From a virus (lineage: Duplodnaviria; Caudoviricetes): a stretch of DNA of 44,149 nt. Both the position numbers and the translations under genes were made by a program. Positions 35,127 through 43,761 of the stretch are shown piece after piece; the first letter of the stretch is position 1, and every line of letters begins with the position of its first letter. The stretch lies in the IMG/VR virus record IMGVR_UViG_3300032330_000720, positions 1-44,149 of that record. One strand, 5' to 3'. The notes below the pieces were generated by a model. The model was not told the origin of the DNA. It did not search any database and saw only the letters and a list, made by a program, of their open reading frames with translations.

Positions 35127-36629
35127 ATGGCTAAGGCTATTCTAAGAGACTACCAGACCGACGCGATTGCTAAACTTCGCAAATCACTTTCGTCAGGACA
35201 CAAACGCCCTGTCGTGCAAATGCCTACCGGAGCGGGTAAAACCATCGCGGCGGCTGAAATCGTCCGCATGGCCTTGGACAAGGGCAACCGGATTTTGTTT
35301 TGTGTCCCATCTTTGTCGTTGATTGACCAAACGGTAGAAAAGTTTGAAAGGCACGACATTTGGGAAATTGGCGTTTTGCAAGCCATGCATGAGCGAACCG
35401 ACATGACGCAACCCGTTCAAGTTTGTTCGATCCAAACTTTGGCGAGGAGAAAGATTCCGAAGGCTGATTTGATCATCGTTGACGAATGCCACGTCATGTT
35501 CAAATTTTACGACCAGTGGTTCAACAGCGAAGAGTGGAAGGACGTTCCTGTAATTGGTTTGACCGCCACGCCTTGGGCAAAGGGCATGGGCAAACTGTAC
35601 GATGATTTGATTATCGGAACGACAACCAAAGAACTGATTGACCTTGGTCATCTGTCTGACTTTCGCGTGTTCGCGCCATCGCATCCTGACTTGACGGGTG
35701 TTGCGGTTGTTGCAGGTGACTACAACAAAAAACAACTTGGCAAAGCGATGGACAAGGCACAACTCGTTGCCGATATCGTTTCGACTTGGTTAGAGCGTGG
35801 ACAAGATAGATCGACGATTTGTTTTGCGGTTGATCGCGCTCACGCAAAGCACATCCAAAAACTTTTTTTGGAAGCGGGTGTGCCGACGGGATACATGGAT
35901 GCTTATACGGATTTGCCTGAGCGCGCGGAGATCGCGCGGCAGTTTGCTGATGGGGAATTGAAGATTGTTTGCAATGTTGGAGTTCTTACTACTGGAGTGG
36001 ATTGGGACGTTCGTTGCATCATTCTGGCGAGACCGACAAAATCAGAAATCCTCTACACGCAAATGATTGGCCGTGGTCTTCGTACTGCTGAAGGCAAAAT
36101 TGATTGTTTGATTTTAGACCACAGCGATACGACATTGCGTTTGGGATTTGTTACCGATATCGCATATGACAAATTGGATGATGGACAAGGAAAAGGAAAT
36201 TCAGAACGTGAAAAGAAAATCGCATTACCAAAAGCATGCCCATCGTGTGCCTTCCTTAAGCCGCCTCGCACTCCTCAATGCCCGTCATGTGGATTCAAGG
36301 CTGAGGCTGTTAGTAAGGTTGAACATACTACAGGAGAATTGCTGGAACTTGCGCGTGATGGAAAAAAGCAAATCTCATCTTACACCACGAAGGAAAAGGA
36401 AACCTTCTATTCCGAATTGCGAGGTTATGCGATTACTAGAGGATACAAAGACGGGTGGGCTTATTGGGCGTATAAAGATAAATTTGGGGTTGGACCGTCC
36501 AACTCGTTTAAGGGGGTCGCCCTCTCGCCGTCAGCGGCTACGTTAAGTTGGATTAAGCATCGTAATATCGTCAAAGCAAAATCGAGAGAAAAATATGAAA
36601 AACGCAATCAACCCCGTTCTGCGGCCTGA
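35127..36629 (+). CDS. Superfamily 2 DNA helicase (RadD/YejH-like) with Zn ribbon
   Basis: LRDYQ, PTGAGKT, DECH, GLTATP, VLTTGVD and QMIGRGLR motifs, plus CPSC/CPSCG. Confidence 0.93.
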   Translation: MAKAILRDYQTDAIAKLRKSLSSGHKRPVVQMPTGAGKTIAAAEIVRMALDKGNRILFCVPSLSLIDQTVEKFERHDIWEIGVLQAMHERTDMTQPVQVCSIQTLARRKIPKADLIIVDECHVMFKFYDQWFNSEEWKDVPVIGLTATPWAKGMGKLYDDLIIGTTTKELIDLGHLSDFRVFAPSHPDLTGVAVVAGDYNKKQLGKAMDKAQLVADIVSTWLERGQDRSTICFAVDRAHAKHIQKLFLEAGVPTGYMDAYTDLPERAEIARQFADGELKIVCNVGVLTTGVDWDVRCIILARPTKSEILYTQMIGRGLRTAEGKIDCLILDHSDTTLRLGFVTDIAYDKLDDGQGKGNSEREKKIALPKACPSCAFLKPPRTPQCPSCGFKAEAVSKVEHTTGELLELARDGKKQISSYTTKEKETFYSELRGYAITRGYKDGWAYWAYKDKFGVGPSNSFKGVALSPSAATLSWIKHRNIVKAKSREKYEKRNQPRSAA

Positions 36630-37554
36630 AGACATCGCGCGTGGCAAATGGTTATCCATTTTGCCGCAACTAGGTGTCGATCCGAAATTTCTAGTCAATC
36701 GGCATGGCGCTTGTCCCATATGCGGCGGCAAGGATCGCTTCCGTTGGGATGACAAGGAAGGCAGAGGCACGTTTATCTGCAATTCGTGTGGTGCGGGTGA
36801 TGGCTTTCGTTTAGCCCAATTGGTCACGGGAAAAAGTTTCAGGACCATTTGTGAAACCATCACAAGCATAACCGGAATGCACCCGACGTCATCAGCGGAC
36901 CACGCCAATAGGGTGCGCCAGAAACAGGTCGTAAAAGCCATCTGGGACGCCGCAGAAGCCGTTTCCTCCGATGGTCCGGTAGCTACCTACCTGAACAACC
37001 GTCTTGGCCTCCAGTGGCGCTCTAAATCAATTCGGGAATATCGCGGGTCCAATTTGATTTGGCATCCCGATGCTAAAAAATCATTCCCCGCAATGGTGGC
37101 TCAGGTGGTCGGGTCGGACAATTTTGGTCATAATGTCCACATCACCTATTTGACGGAAGACGGCCAGAAGGCAGATGTCAAACCCGCCAAGAGGGTAGGG
37201 GCCGGACAAATCCCTGACGGGTGTGCGATCCGCCTTGCGCCGTCTGACGTTCACATGGGCATCGCTGAGGGCATCGAAACGGCTATTGCCGCATCAGTCC
37301 TGCATAGCATCCCAGTATGGTCAGCGATCAATGCTCACAACCTAGCCAAATGGAAGCCTCCTGCGGTCGTGCGAAAGGTCACAATCTTTGGCGATAATGA
37401 CGAATCGTATACGGGTCACAAGGCGGCATACACGCTCGCATCCCGCCTGATCGTGCAAGAGAAGTTGGAGGTCGAGGTCAAGATTCCTGATCGGGTTGGG
37501 GATGATTGGGCTGATGTTCTGGCGAGGGCTTCCAAGGGTCGAGACCTGCCATGA
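36595..37554 (+). CDS. DNA primase (P4-type Zn-binding domain plus Toprim)
   Basis: HGACPICGGKDRFR..D...G..IC..CGAGDG, EGIETA, I.GDND and DWAD motifs. Confidence 0.9.
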   Translation: MKNAINPVLRPEDIARGKWLSILPQLGVDPKFLVNRHGACPICGGKDRFRWDDKEGRGTFICNSCGAGDGFRLAQLVTGKSFRTICETITSITGMHPTSSADHANRVRQKQVVKAIWDAAEAVSSDGPVATYLNNRLGLQWRSKSIREYRGSNLIWHPDAKKSFPAMVAQVVGSDNFGHNVHITYLTEDGQKADVKPAKRVGAGQIPDGCAIRLAPSDVHMGIAEGIETAIAASVLHSIPVWSAINAHNLAKWKPPAVVRKVTIFGDNDESYTGHKAAYTLASRLIVQEKLEVEVKIPDRVGDDWADVLARASKGRDLP

Positions 37555-37714
37555 CAGCGGCGGCGACAAGATCAACGTAAGGTGGCGACCCTACCTTTTT
37601 CCAATGAGCAATGGACGTCCGATGGAAGCCCATTGCCTTTGCAAGTTGGTATTCCCACGCTCCAAATTCTTTGCGAACGTGATCCACAAAAATGGTGAAT
37701 TCTTCTGCGGTCAT
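37478..37714 (-). CDS. Small HTH-like protein
   Basis: QLAKAMGFHRTSIAHWK..G.P pattern, convergent with the primase gene. Confidence 0.55.
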   Translation of the reverse strand: MTAEEFTIFVDHVRKEFGAWEYQLAKAMGFHRTSIAHWKKVGSPPYVDLVAAAVMAGLDPWKPSPEHQPNHPQPDQES

Positions 37715-37790
37715 GTTGTTAACCTATAGAGGGTTGTAATGTCTTTGGTTTTATGTATTTTACGCCCGAAGTCAAAAAGGGGTGTTTAGA

Positions 37791-38741
37791 ATGCCAACTG
37801 TACCACTGTCCAAAGAAGTTCTAGAAAGCACGATACGAGAGTATTTCAAACATAAGAAAAGTACGCGAACGGCGGGGAAAGTTTTGAATCTGCCGCATGC
37901 GACTGTCCAATCCAGAATTGAGACGGTAAAAAACAAATATCCCGAAATGTGGGAAGAATACGAAAAAGAACACAAAAGTGTCATACAAGCCGAATGGCTT
38001 TATCCTCAAGTTTTAACAGACGAAATAAAAAGCGGTTGCATCCTGATTGGTGGCGATGCTCATATCTGGCCCGACACAGAATCGCTCGCCATGAAAGCAT
38101 TTGTCAAAATTGCCAAACAATTGAAACCCGAAATAATTTGTTTGAATGGTGACATTATTGACGGTGCAAGAGTCAGCCGACATGGTGCAACGCTAGGTTC
38201 AAACGCTCCAAAAGTTTCGGCTGAAATTGATGCGGCGAAAAAATGGATTGACCAATTCCCAAAATGCCGACGCCGAATCTTTACAATTGGCAACCACGAT
38301 ATGAGGGTCGATAATTATCTAGCGAATCAGGCTTCTGAACTTGAAGACTATGCGGGGCGACTGGCCGACCGTTTCCCCATGTGGGAATTTTGCTATAGCT
38401 TTCACCTGAATGATGACATTGAGATTAGGCATCGTTTCAGGGCGGGTATTCATGCCGCATACAATAATGCTCAGGTCTCTGGATGGACGCTCGTAACCAA
38501 TCACACACACGCACAGCAATTGACAGCTGTACGCAATCGCAGGGGGTCGCACTGGGGCGTGGAGACCGGAATGCTTGGCGATCCAAATCACCGTTGTTTC
38601 CAGTATTCTGAGGGCGCACCATCGCGCGCCCATCAAGGCTTTGTCGTGCTTACCTTCGACGAAACTGGAATCCTGATGCCGCCTGAGTTTTGTCAGATGA
38701 TAAACGGGCGTCCGGTCTTTCGCGGCGAGTACGTTCTATAA
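37791..38741 (+). CDS. Calcineurin-like metallophosphoesterase with N-terminal HTH-like segment
   Basis: GDAH, NGDIID, GNHD, IRH and NHTH metal-ligand motifs. Confidence 0.85.
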   Translation: MPTVPLSKEVLESTIREYFKHKKSTRTAGKVLNLPHATVQSRIETVKNKYPEMWEEYEKEHKSVIQAEWLYPQVLTDEIKSGCILIGGDAHIWPDTESLAMKAFVKIAKQLKPEIICLNGDIIDGARVSRHGATLGSNAPKVSAEIDAAKKWIDQFPKCRRRIFTIGNHDMRVDNYLANQASELEDYAGRLADRFPMWEFCYSFHLNDDIEIRHRFRAGIHAAYNNAQVSGWTLVTNHTHAQQLTAVRNRRGSHWGVETGMLGDPNHRCFQYSEGAPSRAHQGFVVLTFDETGILMPPEFCQMINGRPVFRGEYVL

Positions 38742-39198
38742 AAACTTCGTGCCAATGCTTGCGACACCATGATGATCCACGGAATGGTGTTGCACCACAG
38801 CATTTGATTTTGTGAGCATCTTTGCTCGTGTTTAGAATATACGAACAATGAATGAGCCTACGAGTTTCAAAATACGGGACACCACCTTCTGGCGCGTCCT
38901 GTTCAACAATAGGTGTAAATGCATTAATCATCTGAACGGATTCAGATGGGTTCTTTGCCACCTTGATTGTCTTTGGACGCGACCGCCTTATAGGACGTTC
39001 CTCTGGGCTTCTTGCCTTCCTGCCGCCCGTGTTGGGCTTTTTAGGGATGTCGGGGAATTCTTTGCGAAGGCGGAACAAATAGCCCAAAACGCTATTGCGA
39101 GTGCGGCCAATCATTTTGGCAATTTCAGCCGCACTGCCTCCTTTCTTCCACATATCGATGACGATGTCTCTTTCGTCAATTGACCATACCGCTGTCAT
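38650..39198 (-). CDS. gcrA: GcrA-family cell-cycle regulator
   Basis: W.......L..MW..G.SA.EIA..IG.TRNSVLG...RL HTH and a C-terminal C.Y...CG.....S.WC..H Zn motif. Confidence 0.85.
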   Translation of the reverse strand: MTAVWSIDERDIVIDMWKKGGSAAEIAKMIGRTRNSVLGYLFRLRKEFPDIPKKPNTGGRKARSPEERPIRRSRPKTIKVAKNPSESVQMINAFTPIVEQDAPEGGVPYFETRRLIHCSYILNTSKDAHKIKCCGATPFRGSSWCRKHWHEVFIERTRRERPDARLSSDKTQAASGFQFRRR

Positions 39199-39425
39199 TC
39201 TTTTCGTCCCGTTTCTAAAAACACTGGTGTCGTTTTCCCAACGTAAGCACCAACGACATTAAATTCCATAAACTCGACAGCCTCTTCATATTCCATGCCA
39301 TCGCGCGCCATCAATATCTCAACGCATTTGTCATAATCATAGACGGCAATGTCCAAATTGAATTGCCGACCAATCCCCAACAATGCATCTTCAAATCCAT
39401 CAGCCAGTAAAACGCCATCCGTCAT
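39195..39425 (-). CDS. Conserved hypothetical phage protein
   Basis: ADGFEDA.LG....VYDY.KC..IL..RDGM..EEA.EF..FNV.GAYVG..TPVF pattern. Confidence 0.75.
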   Translation of the reverse strand: MTDGVLLADGFEDALLGIGRQFNLDIAVYDYDKCVEILMARDGMEYEEAVEFMEFNVVGAYVGKTTPVFLETGRKE

Positions 39426-39429
39426 GCAA

Positions 39430-39600
39430 TTACCAATAGAATAAAAGGTACGACACTGAAGGAATAAGCACTGGCAATAAAATCCAACTTGCCTTCTTCA
39501 TGTTTGGGAAATCTTCGTCATCATGGAATTTTACAATCCAGTAAATCATCCAGATGATGCTGAAGATAAAATACTTCAACAAAAAAATTACGGGGTCCAT
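39430..39600 (-). CDS. Small two-TM membrane protein, 56 aa (not in ORF track)
   Basis: MDPVIFLLKYFIFSIIWMIYWIVKFHDDEDFPNMKKASWILLPVLIPSVSYLLFYW. Fills the gap between neighbouring genes. Confidence 0.55.
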   Translation of the reverse strand: MDPVIFLLKYFIFSIIWMIYWIVKFHDDEDFPNMKKASWILLPVLIPSVSYLLFYW

Positions 39601-39878
39601 TTTCTTTCCTCCTCCACTCTAATCGCTTTTGATAAAAGTTTCGCCGTGTCATCAACCGAATGCTCCTCAATCACCTTAAACGTGTCGAGCATTGTCTTGA
39701 CGTTTTTTCGCAGTTCTTCAATGTCCCGACGCAACTTGATAATGTGATCAATGGTAATCGGGTCGGCGTGTCTATCTGTCACCATGCGCTTGCTCCTAAA
39801 TCCTGTCATATCGCTTTCCTCTGGGGCATATGGACCCAGCCAGCGAATAGCTGGGTCCGTGCCATGATCATGCGGCAT
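39588..39878 (-). CDS. Hypothetical coiled-coil protein
   Basis: ORF within the coupled early operon. Confidence 0.5.
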   Translation of the reverse strand: MPHDHGTDPAIRWLGPYAPEESDMTGFRSKRMVTDRHADPITIDHIIKLRRDIEELRKNVKTMLDTFKVIEEHSVDDTAKLLSKAIRVEEERKWTP

Positions 39879-40254
39879 TTGTTAAACCATCGCCTTCTTG
39901 TACTTCAAAGCGATGTTCAATTTGTGCAATTACATTGCCAAAACTTCTAGCCATTTCTCGCGCAAGTTCGCGTGTTTCATGAACAGTCACGCGGGTTGCG
40001 TTATTTGATTTATAAAAATTGACCCACACAGATTTGATAATCAAATCACGCCGTTCAACCAATTCATATTGCTCTTCGTAATTCATTCCGTTTGCTTGCC
40101 AAGCGGTTGGCACTAGAATGTCATCCCCTAACTTGCTTTTGCCTTTTACGGCTCCGTGAATCGGTGTGCGTCCGCCACCATTCGTGTTATAAATTACAAC
40201 GTCGCGGCCTTTGATTGTAGTGTATGTTTTTGTTAAGTCGAATTTAGTGATCAT
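39868..40254 (-). CDS. Hypothetical phage protein
   Basis: K.Y.T..GR.V.IY..NGGG..PIHGA...W..NG....L.E...WVN.Y pattern. ATG at 40254 overlaps the upstream stop. Confidence 0.65.
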   Translation of the reverse strand: MITKFDLTKTYTTIKGRDVVIYNTNGGGRTPIHGAVKGKSKLGDDILVPTAWQANGMNYEEQYELVERRDLIIKSVWVNFYKSNNATRVTVHETRELAREMARSFGNVIAQIEHRFEVQEGDGLTNAA

Positions 40255-40579
40255 TGGTCTTTGCCTTTCGTTTGCTAATGGAACCGCCCTTTGCCCCTGC
40301 CTTTCGCGCCGCGTCAGGATTTCTGGCAAAGTGACGTTTTTCTTTTGCGAGCGATGCTCCGCCCTTGGAAGAAATCTGTTTGTGTCGGTCACCGCTCATG
40401 CTCGCAAAGCCTTTGCGTTTATTGCCATTAGGAGGCTCTACAGGCGCGGTCTCTTGTTCTTGGCTAGGTTGTATCGGCTCGACTACAGGAGCCGTCTCCT
40501 TGACCTTCTTAATGCGTTTAACGGTGGTTGCAGTCACAGGTTTATGCTCCTGCTCTGCTGATGCGATTCTTATTGCCAT
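40244..40579 (-). CDS. KGG-repeat (GsiB/YciG/Con-10-like) stress-protein homologue
   Basis: KRKGFASM....KQI.SKGG.....R.F....AR.AG.KGG motif. Confidence 0.8.
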   Translation of the reverse strand: MAIRIASAEQEHKPVTATTVKRIKKVKETAPVVEPIQPSQEQETAPVEPPNGNKRKGFASMSGDRHKQISSKGGASLAKEKRHFARNPDAARKAGAKGGSISKRKAKTNDH

Positions 40580-40842
40580 TAGTGTAATGCTCCTTCTGGT
40601 TCATCTTCTTCATCTTCGCTGATTCCGTCGATAAGACTCTGCAACACAACGACGGTCATTTCTTCCCGCATCTGTTGAAATTTACTCGCCACCCCTGAAA
40701 TGATTGCGAGTTGTTCCATTGGGTCTTTTTTCTGGAAGTCTTCCAAAGCATAAGCAGACTCGTCTCCGATCACAATCATTGGAGTGCCGATATCTTTATC
40801 CGCTTCAATTATAAATTTTTTGAATTCAGTTTTTTTGCTCAT
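40579..40842 (-). CDS. Hypothetical acidic protein
   Basis: AAGGA RBS, coupled to the downstream gene. Confidence 0.55.
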   Translation of the reverse strand: MSKKTEFKKFIIEADKDIGTPMIVIGDESAYALEDFQKKDPMEQLAIISGVASKFQQMREEMTVVVLQSLIDGISEDEEDEPEGALH

Positions 40843-40974
40843 GTTTATCCTTTAAAATTTTAACGCACACCATGAATGCAGGATTGCATGACACGGGTAG
40901 GTTGGGCATCAAGAGCCAAAGCCTGACGCGCGGCCTTGATTGGTCGCGCGCCTTCTTTGTGGGCCAAGGTATAA

Positions 40975-41298
40975 TCACGCCGCCTTGACCGATCCCAGAT
41001 CAACATAAGCTGAGAACGATACTGAACCCGACCGCACAGATTTCTTGCTGTGCTTCGCAACCCATTTCTCGCCCATTGCCTTGGTGATCTTCTCCTTGTC
41101 CAAAGACCAAGCCTCGACCGGATCGCCAATCTTAGCCATAAAAGTATGGCCGTTGATCTGGCTCTGGCCGCGCGAACGGATAATGGTCTTGGCTTCTTCT
41201 AGCTTCTTGCCAATGGCGGCATGAAGCGATTGGAGTTTTGCGGCCTCGTCGATGAGGTCCGCGTCGGTCATGCTGATAAAGTCTACTGCAGGAATCAT
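40975..41298 (-). CDS. Hypothetical early protein
   Basis: Start cassette AAGGAGATTAACAATG, downstream of a promoter. Confidence 0.6.
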   Translation of the reverse strand: MIPAVDFISMTDADLIDEAAKLQSLHAAIGKKLEEAKTIIRSRGQSQINGHTFMAKIGDPVEAWSLDKEKITKAMGEKWVAKHSKKSVRSGSVSFSAYVDLGSVKAA

Positions 41299-41341
41299 TG
41301 TTAATCTCCTTGTTGTGGGCATCTGCCCTGTTAACTCAAAA

Positions 41342-41371
41342 ACATTAGCATAAAGAAATCATGTTAGTCAA
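41342..41371 (-). promoter_or_regulatory. Putative early sigma70 promoter
   Basis: TTGACT followed about 17 nt later by GCTAATGT on the - strand. Confidence 0.55.
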
Positions 41372-41380
41372 GCGACAAAA

Positions 41381-41614
41381 TCAATCGCATGATGTTCGTT
41401 TTTCGACACGGACCTTCCAACCCTGCGCGCCTTCCTCAAAGTTGAACCGTGGAGCGTATCCCCAAAATTTGTCATAGTATGCATCGGACCATTCGCTCGC
41501 ATGTTCCTTGTCCCTAAAACCGGACACAAAAAATTTCACATAGCCGCGCTCTTGATAGGGGTTGTCTTCAAAGATCAAGCCGTCTGCGTTCAATGGGTCA
41601 TGTTCTTTAAGCAT
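41381..41614 (-). CDS. Hypothetical early protein
   Basis: ATG at 41614 with AAGGA RBS, overlapping the upstream stop. Confidence 0.55.
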   Translation of the reverse strand: MLKEHDPLNADGLIFEDNPYQERGYVKFFVSGFRDKEHASEWSDAYYDKFWGYAPRFNFEEGAQGWKVRVEKRTSCD

Positions 41615-41816
41615 GTGCCTTGTCCTTCTTTGGTTCGATGGTGAATTGGCCGCCTTGCCATGTGATGACGTCGTAATGGTCGGGGTTGAGATCATCCTCT
41701 TCAATCTGATAGATTTTGCCTTTGATCGACCGGATCGCCTCTGGCAGGGTTTCGGTCTCAGCGACCACGCTGATGGCATAGATATTGGTCAGGTCTTTAA
41801 CTTGATACATTGTCAC
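41607..41816 (-). CDS. Hypothetical early protein
   Basis: GGAGG RBS; the start may be the ATG at 41810. Confidence 0.5.
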   Translation of the reverse strand: MTMYQVKDLTNIYAISVVAETETLPEAIRSIKGKIYQIEEDDLNPDHYDVITWQGGQFTIEPKKDKAHA

Positions 41817-41819
41817 CTC

Positions 41820-42077
41820 CTATGAAATCTTTTGTAGGCTTTCAGGGATGCCGCAAAATTTCCATTGCGGCTCAAATTTCAAACTTGAATAAATTCTTTT
41901 CATTGATTCGCCCCAAATAGAGGCACGTTTGCCATCATCCTCGACAATCCGAAATTCCTTGTCACCATCAACGAGGGCATCCAAAATCGCTTGCGTTTCT
42001 TCATATGTGCCAAATGGACCGATGGGCAATGTTTCCCAGTGATCGTACCGATCCTTCTGAATGTAAAATGCTTTCAT
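41820..42077 (-). CDS. Hypothetical early protein
   Basis: Start cassette GGAGAACGACAATG. Confidence 0.55.
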   Translation of the reverse strand: MKAFYIQKDRYDHWETLPIGPFGTYEETQAILDALVDGDKEFRIVEDDGKRASIWGESMKRIYSSLKFEPQWKFCGIPESLQKIS

Positions 42078-42119
42078 TGTCGTTCTCCTTGTTTCGGGCG
42101 TCGCCCTGTTGACGTGTTG

Positions 42120-42148
42120 GTTATATGCTTATGCTTTTCTATTGTCAA
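42120..42148 (-). promoter_or_regulatory. Near-consensus early sigma70 promoter
   Basis: TTGACA-N17-TATAAC, with tandem AAGCAT in the spacer. Confidence 0.7.
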
Positions 42149-42347
42149 GCGCATAGCTGATATGCGTTTCAAGTTCTTGGCGAGTGGCGGCCATCAGGTT
42201 TTGACCCAAGCCGTATGCGCGCCACCCAAGGCTGTCTCGCACAATTCTAATTTCGGTATGGTCCGCAATACCATATGCGGCTTTGCCATAACCAAAATTC
42301 GGATGCCAATCGCGCGGCTTGATCTTTGTGATCTTGATCATGCTCAT
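42129..42347 (-). CDS. Hypothetical early protein
   Basis: ATGA overlap with the upstream gene and AGGAG RBS. Confidence 0.5.
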   Translation of the reverse strand: MSMIKITKIKPRDWHPNFGYGKAAYGIADHTEIRIVRDSLGWRAYGLGQNLMAATRQELETHISYALDNRKA

Positions 42348-42685
42348 TCTCCTTTGGCTTTGGCAATAAGATCATCACACTGTCTCAGTAAGACATGCAA
42401 CGCCTCGTTGTCGCTTTGGTATGGCTTCTCAGCAATGATGCCGCGCAAGCACTCGACCATCTCTAACAACTCTGGCGAGCAGGACATCAGGCGAGCATTA
42501 GCGACCTCCTCAGCCGCAATCCGGTATTCCTCAGCCCTGCGCTTGTCAGTATGCTTAATGCGTTTGTTGCGCTCCATGCGGCAGATGACACGGTCGCTAT
42601 CGTTGTCGCCATCGTTCTGAACGATCCAACTGTCGAACATGCCTTCTTCGCAATGGAAGGACCACGGGCCTGATGTATATGTCAT
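42344..42685 (-). CDS. Hypothetical early protein (T.GPW...ANARL..aPELLE family)
   Basis: YTSGPW and ANARLM..SPELLE...IAKAKGE motifs, common in phage early genes. Confidence 0.7.
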   Translation of the reverse strand: MTYTSGPWSFHCEEGMFDSWIVQNDGDNDSDRVICRMERNKRIKHTDKRRAEEYRIAAEEVANARLMSCSPELLEMVECLRGIIAEKPYQSDNEALHVLLRQCDDLIAKAKGE

Positions 42686-42713
42686 TGTTAATCTCCTTTT
42701 GATTGTGATGGGT

Positions 42714-42736
42714 GGGAGGCCGGAGCCTCCCTTTTT
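42714..42736. terminator. GC hairpin (UCCG loop on - strand; U-tract only on + strand)
   Basis: GGGAGGC-CGGA-GCCTCCC-TTTTT. Confidence 0.55.
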
Positions 42737-42899
42737 ATTTCACTCGTTGTATGTCCCAAACGCCCCAAGTGATGTGCTTGAAGTATTTGCTCCGCTCGAC
42801 AGTAAAAATTTTATTTTTGATTGCGTAGGCTTGGCATTCGGATGGGGTTTTGCCAGTGAATGCTATTTCTTTGGTTTCCGTATTGATCAATTGAAACAT
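42735..42899 (-). CDS. Hypothetical early protein
   Basis: Start cassette GGAGACTAACATG downstream of a promoter. Confidence 0.5.
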   Translation of the reverse strand: MFQLINTETKEIAFTGKTPSECQAYAIKNKIFTVERSKYFKHITWGVWDIQRVK

Positions 42900-42924
42900 G
42901 TTAGTCTCCGTTGTTGATGTAATG

Positions 42925-42991
42925 AATATAATATAAGCATAAGCATAATGCAAGAATTATTTTTGCATACCTGCCATGCATTAATGCATGG
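42925..42991 (-). promoter_or_regulatory. Early promoter with overlapping inverted repeats (copy 1 of a 34-bp repeat)
   Basis: TTGCAT-N17-TATATT. Imperfect palindrome TGCAAGAATTATTTTTGCA and perfect palindrome CCATGCATTAATGCATGG (42974-42991). Confidence 0.65.
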
Positions 42992-42992
42992 G

Positions 42993-43091
42993 TCATTTGG
43001 TGATGGCGAACCCCACGGCCATGATGGCCGTGAGGATGAGCAGGGGGCCGAACATGACCAAGCCGTCCAGTGTGGTCAGGGTCTCGTTCAT
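42993..43091 (-). CDS. 32-aa single-TM peptide (not in ORF track)
   Basis: MNETLTTLDGLVMFGPLLILTAIMAVGFAITK, with GAGG RBS and ATGA overlap with the upstream gene. Confidence 0.5.
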   Translation of the reverse strand: MNETLTTLDGLVMFGPLLILTAIMAVGFAITK

Positions 43092-43378
43092 GCCGCACCT
43101 CGCTCGTTGCGCGCGTCGATTTGAGCATCGATGGCAAGGGCTAAATTTTGAAATTCATCTAACATTACGCTGATCTCAGCATATCGCTCATAAAACGCCT
43201 TGCGAGCCTCAGCAGGTGCCTCAGCGCCTTGGACGTAATAGTCTCTAGGGTTCGGGCTTGCGCCTCTCATCGCGTCCTTTACAAGGTCGAGCGAGTCTAG
43301 AACACGTCGTACTTGTGACAGCAATTCACGTCCGTCAGTGCCGTTGATGTGGATCGTGGGGGTGACAATTTTTGTCAT
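43088..43378 (-). CDS. Hypothetical early protein
   Basis: PTIH.NGT....L...P..RDYY.QG pattern, AAGGA RBS. Confidence 0.65.
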   Translation of the reverse strand: MTKIVTPTIHINGTDGRELLSQVRRVLDSLDLVKDAMRGASPNPRDYYVQGAEAPAEARKAFYERYAEISVMLDEFQNLALAIDAQIDARNERGAA

Positions 43379-43421
43379 GTCTATTTCCTTTTTAAAAATG
43401 TAAAATTCAAGATTACTGTTT

Positions 43422-43709
43422 TTATGCCACTGCTTTTTCGTCTGCATATGCTTCGATCATCATGTCAGCAATTTCGCGGAAATTGACCTCAGAAATGAAC
43501 GCGAGGGCATAGGACATCGCAAGCCCTTCTTTGCAATCCACGCTGATAATTTCCTCAGCATAGTCCTTCAAAACAGGCGCGAGGTCATATTTATTGAATA
43601 TGCTCAAATCGCACCATCCCATTTCGCGCGGGTCAATGCCGTCGAAAATTTCAAGATTAACGCGCCACGTCGCGTAGTTTGTCCATCCGTTATAGGTGTT
43701 GTCTGTCAT
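43422..43709 (-). CDS. Conserved hypothetical early protein
   Basis: YNGWTNYATW.VNL...VNF.EIA motif and GGAGAACGACAATG cassette. Confidence 0.7.
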   Translation of the reverse strand: MTDNTYNGWTNYATWRVNLEIFDGIDPREMGWCDLSIFNKYDLAPVLKDYAEEIISVDCKEGLAMSYALAFISEVNFREIADMMIEAYADEKAVA

Positions 43710-43742
43710 TGTCGTTCTCCATGTTAAGGTAAGCGGGGAAGG

Positions 43743-43760
43743 AGGGGCCGAAGCCCCTTT
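43743..43760 (-). other. C(UUCG)G tetraloop hairpin between early genes
   Basis: AGGGGC-TTCG-GCCCCT on the - strand, directly after a stop codon. Confidence 0.6.
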
Positions 43761-43761
43761 G

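Noticed and set aside
40244-40579. SKGG/AKGG motifs as members of the virion GG-tag system
   Set aside because: They sit in the GFASM...KGG context of the known stress-protein repeat and in an early gene, so the similarity is probably coincidental.
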